This document shows positions 1-11,800 of a stretch of DNA of 64,000 nucleotides, in pieces. The stretch is from NCBI GenBank assembly GCA_002269645.1, contig NIVC01000045.1, positions 372,001-436,000 of the forward strand, in the 5' to 3' direction. Numbering within the stretch: the stretch's first letter is position 1; each line of letters opens with the position of its first letter. A program made the translations under genes and the position numbers. This DNA comes from Macrostomum lignano. Taxonomy: Eukaryota. The notes below the pieces were generated by a model. It did not search any database, was not told the DNA's origin, and worked only from the letters and a program-made list of their open reading frames with translations.

Positions 1-153
1 TGGAGATTGCCGCCTATCGAAAGCTGCTTGACGCTGAGGGCGTAGCCATGGAGAAGGTGGAGAACATCAGCCGACAGGGCAGCTTCCGGACCACCGAAAA
101 ACCCAGTGTGGTCATGGAGCAGCGGGTTGAGCGGCGCACTGAGGTGCACGACG
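1..153 (+). CDS. Intermediate filament protein, partial exon (end of coil 2B plus start of tail)
   Basis: Frame from nt 3 reads EIAAYRKLLDAEGVAMEKVENISRQGSFRTTEKPSVVMEQRVERRTEVHD, matching the IF/lamin rod-end signature EIAxYRKLLxxE. It ends at a phase-1 donor G|GTGAGT at 153/154. Confidence 0.85.
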
Positions 154-794
154 GTGAGTCAAGCTGAGTACTTCTCGCACAGTGGCTGGGAGAAGCATTA
201 TTTATATAATAATCTCAAAATTCCTAGCGGTACCGCAGCGCTCGCAGAGTTTTCGGGTGTTTACTAAATAATTATTCAAATGCAGGGTTTGGCTGTTGAG
301 TGAGTGCTATATTATGCTAATGCGCGATATAAGATCTACTCCCATGAATTATTGATAGGGTGTAAGGTTCTTTCTCCAACATATCGTCAATATTATTTTA
401 CAAAACATCATGAGTCGTCATAGATTTTAGAAATCTCATGATACTACTCTCACACGTTGGACATATAGTAAGCAAGTACGATAATCATGAATTTTATTAG
501 TAACGTTTTTTGTTTAGAAATAGATCAATCCAAACCTAAATAGATTACCTACCGACAGAAAACTCATTCGTACTATAGTGGACTTAGAATGTCTAAGACG
601 TAAGTTAATCTCACGACTAGCTGATGAACGCTACTGTCTAGCAGACGACAATCCTAACAGTTGAATGTTTTGTACCAAATGTCAATTTTTATTCTAATAG
701 GTAAAAAAACAGTATAATGCTTGACAATAGTTACATTTGATACACTGAATCAAAGTCGGTCATTCTGGGCTATCACTCGCCAACCAACACGCAG

Positions 795-1015
795 CATCTC
801 GCGCCAGCAGCGGAGGCGGCAGCGGTGGCAAGCAGCTTGGCTACGGAGGTGGCGGTAGCACCGGCGGCGGTTATGAGCAGCAACAGACGACGACAATTCT
901 GAGACGCGGCGGGGCAACCAGTCAGCTGCAGCAGCCGCAGTCGATGGGTGGTTACAACACCCGCCAGCAGCAGAGCTCATCCGCTGTCACCTATTCTACG
1001 GTTGGCAATATTTGA
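795..1015 (+). CDS. Intermediate filament protein, terminal exon (Gly/Ser/Gln-rich tail)
   Basis: Acceptor CGCAG|C at 794/795 is phase-compatible with the donor at 153. Reads ASRASSGGGSGGKQLGYGGGGSTGGGYEQQQTTT...STVGNI to TGA at 1013-1015. Confidence 0.7.
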
Positions 1016-3059
1016 GCTATACAGTGAAAGATTGAAAAAGAAAGTGACATTGCAGGGTGATATAAGAGACAAAGATTTTTTCGTTCCTCTGATTTTGGGT
1101 TTTTGCTTTATTCAAAAAATGATCGGAGTTTTGCGGTCAGATGCGTGCAGCTATACATGAAGGACAGATTTTATTTTACCTTTGGGTCGCTAAATTACGA
1201 GCTATTATAGATTATCTAAATGAGTCTCAATCACTTTTTAATGAGTTATTGGACAACTTTCAAAAAATCATTATTGATAATTTAGAGTAAATAGTTGAAG
1301 TTCGTCTTTCTTCAACTTTACTAGATATCAGGAAAATTGCCAAGTCTTTTTTTAACATGGATGGTCAACTAAAAAATAATTGTAGCTTTAAGTCTTGCTG
1401 CACACTCCGCGAGTTCAAGTTTCACTTTTCGGCTGTGCCGCATGCTTATTTATTTTTGTTTTTCCATGAATCATTTATAAAAAAATATCTCTTCGGCTAA
1501 GGCGGTATAAGTTATTATAGAAAATTAATTAATGATAAATAGTAGTTTTTATCAAATTCATTTTTAAGTAGTAGTGATGCATGAAATTAAAGTACAGCAT
1601 ATAATATACGAGCCAGAAAGGTGTATCATTATAAAACTAAATTAAACTAGTTTCATCACATTTTCCGCTGGGGTGCATACAGTTTTGCGTTGATATATCT
1701 TCAGCACTACTGGTCAGACTACTGATCAGTCTGATCAGTACAGAAAGCGAAAATTGTACCCAACTTCACTCCATTTTAATTTGCTAATATTTACGAGCGT
1801 AATTTTTACTCATGCATTGGTGGTTGGTTTTTTACGAGTACATTAAAAGAAACAGTTATGTTTGCAGTTTGATATTTCCTAGTATGAAAAACACACTGCG
1901 CCGATCAATTGGTAAACTTTTCTGGAACACATACTCAAAAGCTGCGTCAATAACACTTGCTGAGGTTCTCCGCAGGTAGATCGTTATTTCGAACTTGTTC
2001 ACTTTCATGTTTCAAAGCAGCATGTTCATCAATGTTCATGTTCATTTTTAAATAGCAGACTGGATCTGTAACTGACGATAACTTTAAGTTTGCTGATCAT
2101 TTGAAAATGGGTCAGGTTATTTGTTCTTTTATACTGTATTCTTTAAATAAAATTAAAATAATGCACCACTAATAAATAAAATAAATAGTTAAAGATTACT
2201 AAAAATTAATTTAATTTTCATTGAGATCGGAGATAAGGGATTAAATAAACTTTCGGTAGGATAGGAAAGTACTACGGGTTTATAAAACTCTGCCTGGCAA
2301 GATAAACTTTGAGTGCTTGTTACTATACTGCACTTGGGGTAAAGTGTGGAGTAAAGCACAAGCCGTGTTTTTTTGGTCAGTGTTTTTACACTTAAAATTT
2401 ACACTTAAAATTTGCAATCTTCCTGAAAGCAAACTTATTTTATAAGAGAACATACAGCAATTAAATTCCCTGAAGACTAGCTATACAAAAAATCGTAAAG
2501 AGGGTGTGCTCAGTCGGGATTTAATTTTTAAGCGCACAACACTGATGCAAGGCTCAATGAGATGCAAAGACTGTTCGCTTTAAAATATTGCCAAAATGAT
2601 AGCTAAATATCGATTTAATTTTCATTGGGATCAGAGCTTAGTGCAGGTAAACGACACGACTAACTAGGCTTGTATGGCTATCTTAGACAGACTGCTTGAA
2701 TGTTGTACCGGCGATACTTAAGCCTGGCTGTTTCGGCAGCGACTGGCGACAGCTACCCAGTCTGTCGTTGCTATTTATTATTAGAGGCAGGGGGGTTGTG
2801 TGCACCCTGGCGCACTTTAAGCGACATAGGCACACAACCGGCGAGAGGCATTACTGCCCATTCCGCCGACTCCCCTGAGCAGGCATACAAGCGCGCGGAT
2901 ACGTTACGCAGGCACACACTCACACAGGAGTGTACAGCGGCCCTAACTTTATCAATTGTTAGGCATGTACACTTCACTGCGCCTTGGGGGGTTGGCTCTC
3001 AAGGCCGCTAATTGCACAAGTGAGCCAAGCCAAGATTCCAATCCAGCCCCAAATTAATG

Positions 3060-3132
3060 TGGCTGCACTTGGAATCGAGCCTGGGTCGCGGCACACCAGA
3101 GCAGCTGCGCTACCGCTGGGCTACGGCCCCCC
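3060..3132 (-). mobile_element. tRNA-derived SINE head or tRNA pseudogene
   Basis: Reverse strand has an A-box-like TAGCCCAGCGG and a B-box-like GGCTCGATTCC at tRNA spacing. Acceptor and T stems pair poorly. Confidence 0.4.
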
Positions 3133-4096
3133 TGTCGTTGCTATGTGGTCGTGTAGGTTGAGCCGCGACCACTCCAAGTGGTCGAAAAAATTTGTTGGGG
3201 CGAAGAGTGGCTGATGCCTAGATGACTGTAAAGGAATGGCGACTGGTTGGCGTGGGGCTACCAGTTCGAAAAATGGGTCCATGTCAGATAGCTTAGTTAT
3301 ACGTATGGCTCGTAACTTCACAGTACACTACTGGGGAAACCTGATTCTGGATTCTGGACTGAAAGCTTCGCTTCTCAGTGCGGATGATTGTGAAGAGTGC
3401 TCTGCCTTCGGACTGGGTGACCCCCACGCACCCGGTTCGGCTCGGTGGTTCATTCTTCACCGGAGACCTTAATCCTTGGGCTACGCCCTTGGACCGAGGA
3501 ACCTCTTAGTGCAGTTGAAACATGGAACGGAATCGGACCTGTACCCGTATGGTCGAACTCTATGCTCTATGCTCGAACTCTATTATATTAATTGTCTTCT
3601 TTCTCCGCTCAGGCGGGTCCGAGTTTCGGCTCAGATGTTGATGTTCGCAGGGGAACGACGCAAAGGTGGAGCCGGCTTGTCTAGTTTAGCTGGAGCGCTT
3701 ATCCCTGTCAGATACTTCGGTGCCTCCACGAGGCGAGGGTCGGGCAACGGCGTGTGTGGGGGGTGGGGGCGTTGTTTCTTTTCTTCATCTGGTATCACTG
3801 CCTCGCTCCAATCTTCACTCCTCCCATCCTCACCTTAGTCTACTATTCTGTTTTTTGCCTCACTCTCTTCTTTGCTTCCCTTTTTCTCTGCTCTGCTTTC
3901 CCCTTTTCTTACACAGAACGTATCGGCGCTTCGCGGCTAAATCCAAGTCTATAACCGAGGGGCTTGGGGTCAGCAGCTCTTTGCTATACGGGACTACCTA
4001 TTGCTACATAACGTCAGAATAAAACAGACTCGTCTGCCTCTGCGGATGAGCGAAATAGGTGTCGTGCTAGGGAATCCAGGTCAGGCTGGTAGCGGG

Positions 4097-4491
4097 CATG
4101 AGTGCAGTGAGTGTGGCGGTACATTTAGTACTAGGGCGGGACTGAGTAATCACCAGAGGTAAGCTCATTCAGATTATTACCACAAAATAAAAAATTCTTG
4201 GCTCTGCCGAGCGGCAAAAAAAGATAGTCTGCGGCGTGTTTAATAAAGCTAATTTTCGTTTTAATAAATGATGCAGTTATTAAGGCCAAAATGCTTCCAG
4301 ATAGAACTTTAGATAGTAATAAAGGGGCAAGAAAAACAGAAACGTATAAACTACTACTAGAAAATTATTTAATTAAAATATTTATAAAAATGGCGACAAG
4401 AGTCAGAGAAAGTATAAATAAACTTAGATCAGTTAGGCAGAAACAATTTGAGAGAAGACTAGAGAAGACTAATAAAGCTTATGGTGAATGA
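4097..4491 (+). pseudogene. R2-like non-LTR retroelement N-terminal remnant (C2H2 zinc finger plus Myb-like domain)
   Basis: HECSECGGTFSTRAGLSNHQR*AH at 4097-4168, then LPDRTLDSNKGARKTETYK, which resembles the R2 Myb motif. Homologous to 11280-11560. Confidence 0.6.
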
Positions 4492-5460
4492 GCCTCTCTC
4501 AGCCTGCACTTGAATTTATGGCCCCCTTATTTGTGAGTCATTCTCCCTCGCGTGCTCTATCCATACCAGCCCTGCGTTCGCTTCGTATATCGTTGAAATC
4601 CCTGCCCTTTTACTTTCTCCGTCGCCATTGCATTTGTGCCCCACCACTCTACGAGCGCAGCGCTTGCGCCAGCCTCCCGGCGTCTGATTGGCGGAGGCGG
4701 TCAGAGTGGGCCCCAGTTTTTTGTCTTGTTGTGCTCTCAACCCCTCCCCGGCCTCTGATTGGCTGCGAGTCCTTAGGCTTGTCTGTCTGGTGCCCCTGCT
4801 TGGCTGCCTATTTATATGGGCCTCTGCGGCCCTTGTTTTCTTCGCCTTCGCCCCTCTGCGATCAACGCTTTGTATCTGCAACTTTGCGACTGCGCTTTGT
4901 ACCTGCGACTTCGCGACTGCGAGTATAAATATAGTTGGCGATTTTTGTCCTAGAAAGCCTAGACGATGACCCAACCGGGCCCGGACCGTTCAGCAAGCGA
5001 AACGTAAGCACTTACTGTATTTTTTTTTGGTGTTTTCGTGCTTAGGACTTAGCCAGGATTAAGAGCGTCGTACGCCGATTCCCACCCCAACCAGCTCAGC
5101 GTCGTCCGCTTGGCTGGAGACCATCGTGCGTCGATCGGCCTGATCCCAGCAAACTCTGCGTCGTACGGGAATAGGTTGGACGACCGTAGCACTAAAGGGT
5201 CAGTACACCAACCCGGGTAAGACAGAGAGCCTCTGGATTCTTCCCCCTGCTTCATCACAAGATCTTAACGAAAAGTATAATCCTAGCACAGAAGAGGAGG
5301 TACATATTGAAAACACGAAAAAAACAAATGAGAGAACCTTGAAAACCAAAAAAAAAGATAGTAGTCAAGAGCCAAAGAGAGATGATGATGAGGATAGCTC
5401 GGATAGGAATACTCTCAGTGAAAGTTGTGCCGTGCTGCGGCAGTGAGGGCTCCCCCGGCC

Positions 5461-5465
5461 TCTCT

Positions 5466-5560
<95 letters not shown>
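5461..5560. repeat. (CT)n microsatellite
   Basis: Direct inspection. Confidence 0.95.
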
Positions 5561-5562
<2 letters not shown>

Positions 5563-5569
5563 TTTTCAC

Positions 5570-5611
5570 TTGCCCTGACGAAGAAATATAATAATTTCGA
5601 AATATCAGCAA
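5570..5611 (+). ncRNA. Minimal type-I hammerhead ribozyme, copy 1
   Basis: TTGCC CTGACGAA GAAAT-ataata-ATTTC GAAA TATC AGCAA, with one mismatch in stem I. Confidence 0.65.
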
Positions 5612-5867
5612 TTACTTTTTACTTTTTACTTTTTATTATTCTGTGTTGACTCAGTTCATTTTGTTCTTTATTATTTGTTTTCACTTATTCAACCTTTGAG
5701 GGCCATCTGGGCCCACTGTATTGCGCAATCTCGCTTTAGCCAACCAGTTTTGGAATTTAGAGTCTTGACTCATAGTTGATGTACATACAGTATGCACATG
5801 CGCGATCTCTTCCCCCACTTTTCGCTTATATTTATTTGTCGGCTTCTCACAATAATTATACTCATTT

Positions 5868-5906
5868 TTGCCCTGACGAAGAATTTCGTATTCGAAATAT
5901 CGGCAA
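5868..5906 (+). ncRNA. Minimal type-I hammerhead ribozyme, copy 2
   Basis: TTGCC CTGACGAA GAAT-ttcgt-ATTC GAAA TATC GGCAA. Intact core, stem I and stem II. Confidence 0.75.
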
Positions 5907-6013
5907 CTAACTATTTTTAACTTTTCTTGTTTGTCTTGTTGCTTTGCCGTGTCAGCACCCTCGGGATTGGAGGCTCTCCCCCCTCTCTCTCCCCTCCCTC
6001 TCTCTCTTTTCAC

Positions 6014-6055
6014 TTGCCCTGACGAAGAAATATAATAATTTCGAAATATCGGCAA
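6014..6055 (+). ncRNA. Minimal type-I hammerhead ribozyme, copy 3
   Basis: TTGCC CTGACGAA GAAAT-ataata-ATTTC GAAA TATC GGCAA. Confidence 0.75.
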
Positions 6056-6124
6056 TTCAAATAAACTGACTTTCTTCAGTCCGTTTTTACCGTTACCGTG
6101 TCAGTGCCTGAGATTGGAGTTGCC

Positions 6125-6229
<105 letters not shown>

Positions 6230-6239
6230 CTCTCGGTGC

Positions 6240-8500
6240 TGGTCCTGCCGGACGAGCTGCTCAGCACAGACCACTGGCGAGAGTCGCTCTCTGAGGCTAT
6301 CGATCTACTGAGAACTTTAAACTAGCTGACTGCTGTAGGCCTCCCAAACTGGAAGGCAACATTTTGAATCCACACCCGTCCTTCAAACTCTCCGAGTCTG
6401 AGACGAGGTTGCTAGATAGGGGACTCAATTTTATCCCAACCCAAGCCCTTGATTTCGAGGATCTGAGGAACTGCATGACGGAAGTTCATCGTAAACTTTT
6501 CTGGAAAGAAGTTTTCAAGAGGGGTCTCGCCAAAACCAGCCCGCCCCTCTTCACCGGGAAATCAGTGAAGGAGATTCCCCCAGACTTAGAAGGGATGAGT
6601 GCAACTAGTTTGTGCTTGAGAATCAAAAACTGGTGGAGGATTTGACAACGGTGCGCGTCAAAGGCAACCTAGAGGCACCAGAGACCAGAGCGATTCAGGG
6701 GCTCAAGCGAAACAGCTCCGTCCTAATAAAAAAGGCTGAGTGCAACTAGTTTGTGCTTGAGAATCAAAAACTGGTGGAGGATTTGACAACGGTGCGCGTC
6801 AAAGGCGTCAAAGGCAAAGGCAACCTAGAGGCACCAGAGACCAGAGCGATTCAGAGGCTCAAGCGAACCAGCTCCGTCCTAATAAAAAAGGCGGACAAAG
6901 GTAACGCAGTGGTCATCATGCATCCCAAAGATTACGAATTCGCAGCCTACAACCAATTGCTTGACACTAATGCCTAACAACAGCTGGACCAGCCACTGCA
7001 ACCCGAGACTGCGGGAATTATGGAGGATCTTCCTCGATTTATGTAACAGAAAGTTCATAACTAAGAAACAGTTTTCTTTTCTTTGTCCTGGAGAGAACTT
7101 CCGTCCCCGGCATTTCTACCTGCTCCCAAAAATTCACAAGGACCCGGCCACCTGGCTGATTCCCTTTCGGGTCCCAGCAGGCAGACCTATTGTTAGCGGA
7201 TGCAGTTCTGAAGCAATTGGGGCAGAAAAGTACATAGACTTCTTTCTTAAACCGATTGCCCAAGCGCAACCCACTTTCATTAAGGACTCCTATGACTTCA
7301 AGGCACACCTTATGGATAAAAGCTGCACGGAAGGTTCGACTCTGGCAACTTGTGATGTTTAGAGTCTATACTCTATGATCCCTATAGACCAGGGCATTGC
7401 AGCGATCCAGGAATTCTTCAACCGATACCCGGATCCCATTAGACCGGATGCTGAGTTAATAAAGCTACTGGAACTATGTTTGTACAGGAATGACTTTGAA
7501 TTTGACAAAATGATCTTCCTACAACTTAGACGCATAGCCGCCATGGGGCGCATCTTTGCGCCCAGCTATGCCTGTCTCTTCATGAGCCTCTGGGAGGAAA
7601 CTGCCTTGAGAAATGCTCTTTATAAGCCGAAAATTTATTTTAGATACATAGATGATATCTTTATTCACTGGGACCACCCGGCTGAAGCTTTGACAGAATT
7701 TGTTCGACACCTGAATTCAATCAACCCCAAAATTAAACTCACCGTCAGCTCCTCATCAACTGAGGTCAGTTTCCTTGATATGACCATCAAGAAAGCTGAA
7801 AACCGCTCCACAACACAACTGTTTTCGAAAGAAACAGACACTCATAGATTGTTGCACCGACAGTCCTTCCATCCGTCACACACCTTCAAGGGGGTAGTAA
7901 AATCCCAAGTCCTTCGGTACGCTCGAATCTGTGATGACTACAAGTCTTTCAACGATGCTTTGAATTCTTTAAAATCGGAACTCAAGCAATTAGGCTACTC
8001 GAAGATTTTTCTTAGAAACTGCAAAAAGGAGGTCCTCAAACTTATGAACTAGACTGCAGGACCAACGACCAATCTGGGTCTGCTTCCCAAAGGGTTCCAT
8101 CCCTGTGGGTCATCCCGCTGCAAATGCTGCACCCACTCACCGCATGCTCTCTCCGCCCAGGGGCTGAAACCGGCTTCCGGTTTTTTAATCTCTCAGAGCC
8201 TGTCCTGTGGCTCCAAGAGCATCATCTATGGCATCTCCTGTAACCAGTGCCACCCTGGGAAAATCCTCTATGTAGGTATGACTAGAAGAACAATGAGAGA
8301 TAGAATGAACTAACACAGGCTAAATATTAACAGGAGAATCTTTACTTCGGGGTCAGAGCACTTTCTCACTCTCAATCACTCGATTGCAAACTTTGCCACC
8401 ATTGCCATTGAGCAAGTTCTTGATAACAACAAAATCGAACTAAGGGAAGAAATCTGGATTAAAAACTGGGGACTGACAAACCGCCGGCTACGAACATCAG
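6240..8500 (+). mobile_element. Penelope-like retroelement (RT plus GIY-YIG), disrupted
   Basis: N-terminal LDRGLNFIP; RT motifs FYLLPKIHK, GRPIVSG, AMG..FAPSYA, YFRYIDDIF; linker GFHPCGSSRCKCC; GIY-YIG IIYGISCNQC...LYVGMT...R..*H at 8221-8465. Contains stops, frameshifts and a ~140 bp internal tandem duplication (6596-6891). Confidence 0.9.
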
Positions 8501-9619
8501 GGTTGACAATCATCTTCTCCGATCCATCCCACTGGTCCTTCCTTTTCACCCATCTACAGTCTGGCTCGCCAAGGAGATTGCTAAAAACTTTGATAAACTA
8601 CAAAATAAACCAGGCTCTCGCATACTGCCCGCATTTACACGGCAACGTAATTTACAGAGCCTCCTGGCTCCCAATAAGTTTAAGTCTCAGCCAGGAAACC
8701 ATTGAATCATTTTAACCAATGCGCTCACTTTACCCTATTGAAGTACAATATTTATTCACTTTGTCATTTATTTTATCCAAACTTGATTGTACGCACAAAT
8801 ATCGATTTTTATGCTCCTACCTTTAATGCCGGCATTTTATCTAATAGTATAGTACTTCGAAAAATTTTTTTTATATAATAAATATACTGTCGATTGAAAT
8901 GAATGGTAAAAAAGCCTCTGAGACAAGTTAGAGCTAGGCAAAACAGGGCTTTAAATGTACATCCCTCATATGTACAACTACTCATCAATTTTATCAGACT
9001 TAGAAGAATAATACTTCACCCTCGAAATAAATGCACTAATATTATCCATGAAAAAGCGGCGTATGGCGGGGAAATGGGTCCGGATTGTCCAGGTGTTGAG
9101 TTTCCTTGCTCAGTCAGGTCTGGTTGGTAGCCACCGTCAAGAAACACTTCAATCCAGTACAGTAACATAAAGTAAAAAATTGGCAGAGCCTCTGGTAAAA
9201 AACAAACAATAGGCAGTCAACTGATTCACGCCATGAACAATGAGAGACGGCTGCAGCCCCACTCAGCAGAGGTGAAACGGATGCGCCAGATCGCATATCT
9301 GTACCACTAGCTCAGAGGCGGAGGGCCTCCATGGTCCGACACAAATGACCACGCCTCGTCTTGAGCCGAATACGCTGCAGCCTGGCTCGGACCAATCTAC
9401 TGCACCGAGTTTGTCTATTCTATCCAACCCGGCAGAGGAACCAACGGAGCCACAGCCACAGGCTAGTTCCAGTGCTTCTGTAACCGTGCCAGTGGCTCTG
9501 TAACCGTGCTGGAAGGTGCCGGCCCAGCCGACACCGAAGACTCCAGCGCGGAGTCACCGGCGTTGTCGGCCGACTTGGATGCCGAAAGAGAACAAAATAC
9601 TCGTAGAAAATACGATCTT

Positions 9620-9832
9620 CACTGGCTAAAACCGTCGGCCATACAAAACCATCTCTTAGAGTGTAATAGTTGCTCCAAATGCAAACCCGAAGAGCGCTTT
9701 AAAGTCATTGACCATTGCTCATCTGATTCCAAATTGCAGATAGTTGAAGCGCTGTACATTAAAGCGCATTCCCCCAACCTCAACGCTCAACTCCAACACA
9801 GTAGCGCGGGCCATGTTCTCGGTGTGTTCTAA
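9620..9832 (+). pseudogene. C-terminal GIY-YIG fragment of a second Penelope-like element
   Basis: SAIQNHLLEC...FKVIDHC...LQIVEALYIK...PNLNAQL...LGVF* matches the typical PLE C-terminus. Confidence 0.65.
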
Positions 9833-10261
9833 GGGAGGGGGCACTGGATGTACATTATTTACTGTTAGCTACATCGCTACCAATCCGTCCCTGGACTGTT
9901 GCCTCTCGATTTATGGACTAACTAATATGTAATTAAAATATTGATTAAATTTACACCCCAAAAATGTATTTATTCACTTCCGATCTCTACTCGTTTTTTT
10001 CGCTCAAAATAACCTGAAAAAATGTACAGTATCGTGCGAAATGCGTCGTTTAACTAAATTGTTGTTGATTTTCGCTTTTCTCTTCATCCTACTTGCCAAG
10101 CGAGCAACTTTACCTGAAAAACACGATTTCCAGAGCTATAATCAACAGCCTATCGGCTTTCCCACTAGTCCAAATAAGTCTGACCAAGTAATTCAAACCT
10201 TTTAAGACGTTCGTCCAGAATATTACCTAAAGATGCTAGAAGGCACAGCCGAAGACCTTTA

Positions 10262-10709
10262 CTCAGCAACAGCTAAACCCCCCCCCCAACTCACGCTGTC
10301 ACACGGCCCAAAAGTTTTGTATGCCATCGGTGACTCAGAAATGTGTGAAGGCTGCCGCCGCCAGACGCGAGCGCAAAGTGCGGCATGGGGGATTTGGGGA
10401 GGGGGTGGCGCAACTCAAAGTCTCCAGACATGAACCCCATCGAGCATGTCTGGGACTTTGTAAAGCGAAGAGTTCAGCAGGATGCCCCACAGAATGCTGA
10501 ACAGTTGCGACTGGCGGTCCTGAATGCCTGACAGCAGCTGCCCCAAGAGTTCATCAACCGGCTGGTGATCAGGATGCCACGACGAGTCACGGCACTTTTG
10601 CATGCTCGTGGTTCCTACACACGATACTGAGACTAGAATTAAAGACATTGCTTAACTTTTGTGCCCGTGTGACAGCGTGAGTTGGGGTGGGGGGTTTAGC
10701 TGTTGCTGA
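10262..10709 (+). mobile_element. Internally deleted Tc1/mariner element
   Basis: ~55 bp terminal inverted repeats (CTCAGCAACAGCTAAACC... / ...GGTTTAGCTGTTGCTGAG) flanked by TA. Internal frame 10421-10630 reads SPDMNPIEHVWD...MPRRVTALLHARGSYTRY*. Confidence 0.85.
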
Positions 10710-10725
10710 GTATATATGACCGGCT

Positions 10726-11270
10726 CATCACAGATCTGCTGCAAAAGGCATTCCCGCACAAGCCAACGGAACAGCGTCGCATCATCTGGTTCGGCCCGTA
10801 ATACAGCTATTCGAATGAGCCTCTAGCTGCAACTCACCAGTGGCACCCAGCGGTGGAAGATCTCAGATATTTTCTTGAATTTAACGCCGAGCTTGAAATG
10901 CCAAAGTTTAAAAGCTGCCTGGTAAATTTCTACCAAAATGCCGACGATCGTATTCAATTTCATGCCAATGACGAGCCAGAGCTTGGTACTGACCCGTAAA
11001 TTGCTACGGTGTCGCAAGGGGAAGTGCGCAAGTTTCTGGTGCGGAACAAAGGCGAACGCGAAATTATTGCCATCTTTGACACGACTATTGGTTCAATCAT
11101 CATCATGGCCGGAGCGTGTCGAAGAAAATGTGAGCACAGTGTCCCAGCTGTCGATGTCTAGGAAGGATTCGCTCACCTTCAAGGTGACGCATCTCCCTGA
11201 CGCCAGCACACCGGGGCGCGGAGGCCCCATTCTGACTGCAGCAGCTCGCGACGGTCAAGGGCCTGGCAGT
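10726..11270 (+). pseudogene. Decayed AlkB-like domain from a relative of the AlkB-LINE ORF1
   Basis: QRRIIWFGP*YSYSNEPL...WHPAVEDLR...KSCLVNFYQNADDRIQFHANDEPELG...IATVS...IIIMAGACRRKCEHSVP is colinear with 23106-23645. It has stops and HxD changed to HAN. An ORF1-like VLEGAG...DLDAE segment lies at 9506-9586. Confidence 0.75.
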
Positions 11271-11279
11271 TGTTTGTTG

Positions 11280-11800
11280 GGCTCTGCCGGTCGCCAAAAA
11301 AGATGGCCAGATGAGGAACTTTATATTTTAGCCAGTTTTGAATCAAAGTTTGATCCAATTTTTTTTCCAATTTATGATGCAGCAATTAAAGAAAAAATTC
11401 TTCCAAATAGGACTCTCGATAGTATCAAGGGAGCCAGGCGGACTAAAACTTACAAACTTGTAGAGAAAATTAGAAAAGACAGAATTGATGAAGATGAGAG
11501 TGAGGTAAAAGGCAGAGAAAAAATAAAATTATTGAGAAGAAACTTAGTACTAATTTAACAGAAGAAAGAAAAGAGACTGAAAACCAAATAAAAACGATTA
11601 CAAACTTTGCAGATGAGGTGCTAGCAAGCCTAGACCCAAATATTGCATTTCCGGTAGCTGAGGAGACGGTAAATTCGGCAGCATTTGCTGACGACATGGC
11701 CATCTGCTCGTCCTCTGAAGCTGGCCTAGCTCAGCACCTTAAAATATTTGAAAAAACTCTTAAAGATACTGGACATGAAGTCAATACCGCGAAGAGCGCT
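11280..11800 (+). pseudogene. R2-like retroelement remnant (Myb-like domain and RT FADD segment, internally deleted)
   Basis: WPDEELYILA...LPNRTLDSIKGARRTKTYK, then LDPNIAF...VNSAAFADDMAI...GHEVNTAKS. Confidence 0.7.

Noticed and set aside
2240-2600. Faint resemblance to 28S rRNA segments
   Set aside because: Only short AT-rich partial matches; no sustained homology I can support.
3060-3132. Functional tRNA gene
   Set aside because: Acceptor and T stems do not pair properly; kept only as a SINE-like head.
7355-8315. Selenocysteine read-through in the Penelope ORF
   Set aside because: The in-frame stops I checked are TAG and TAA, at positions where ordinary residues are expected, not TGA at Cys sites.
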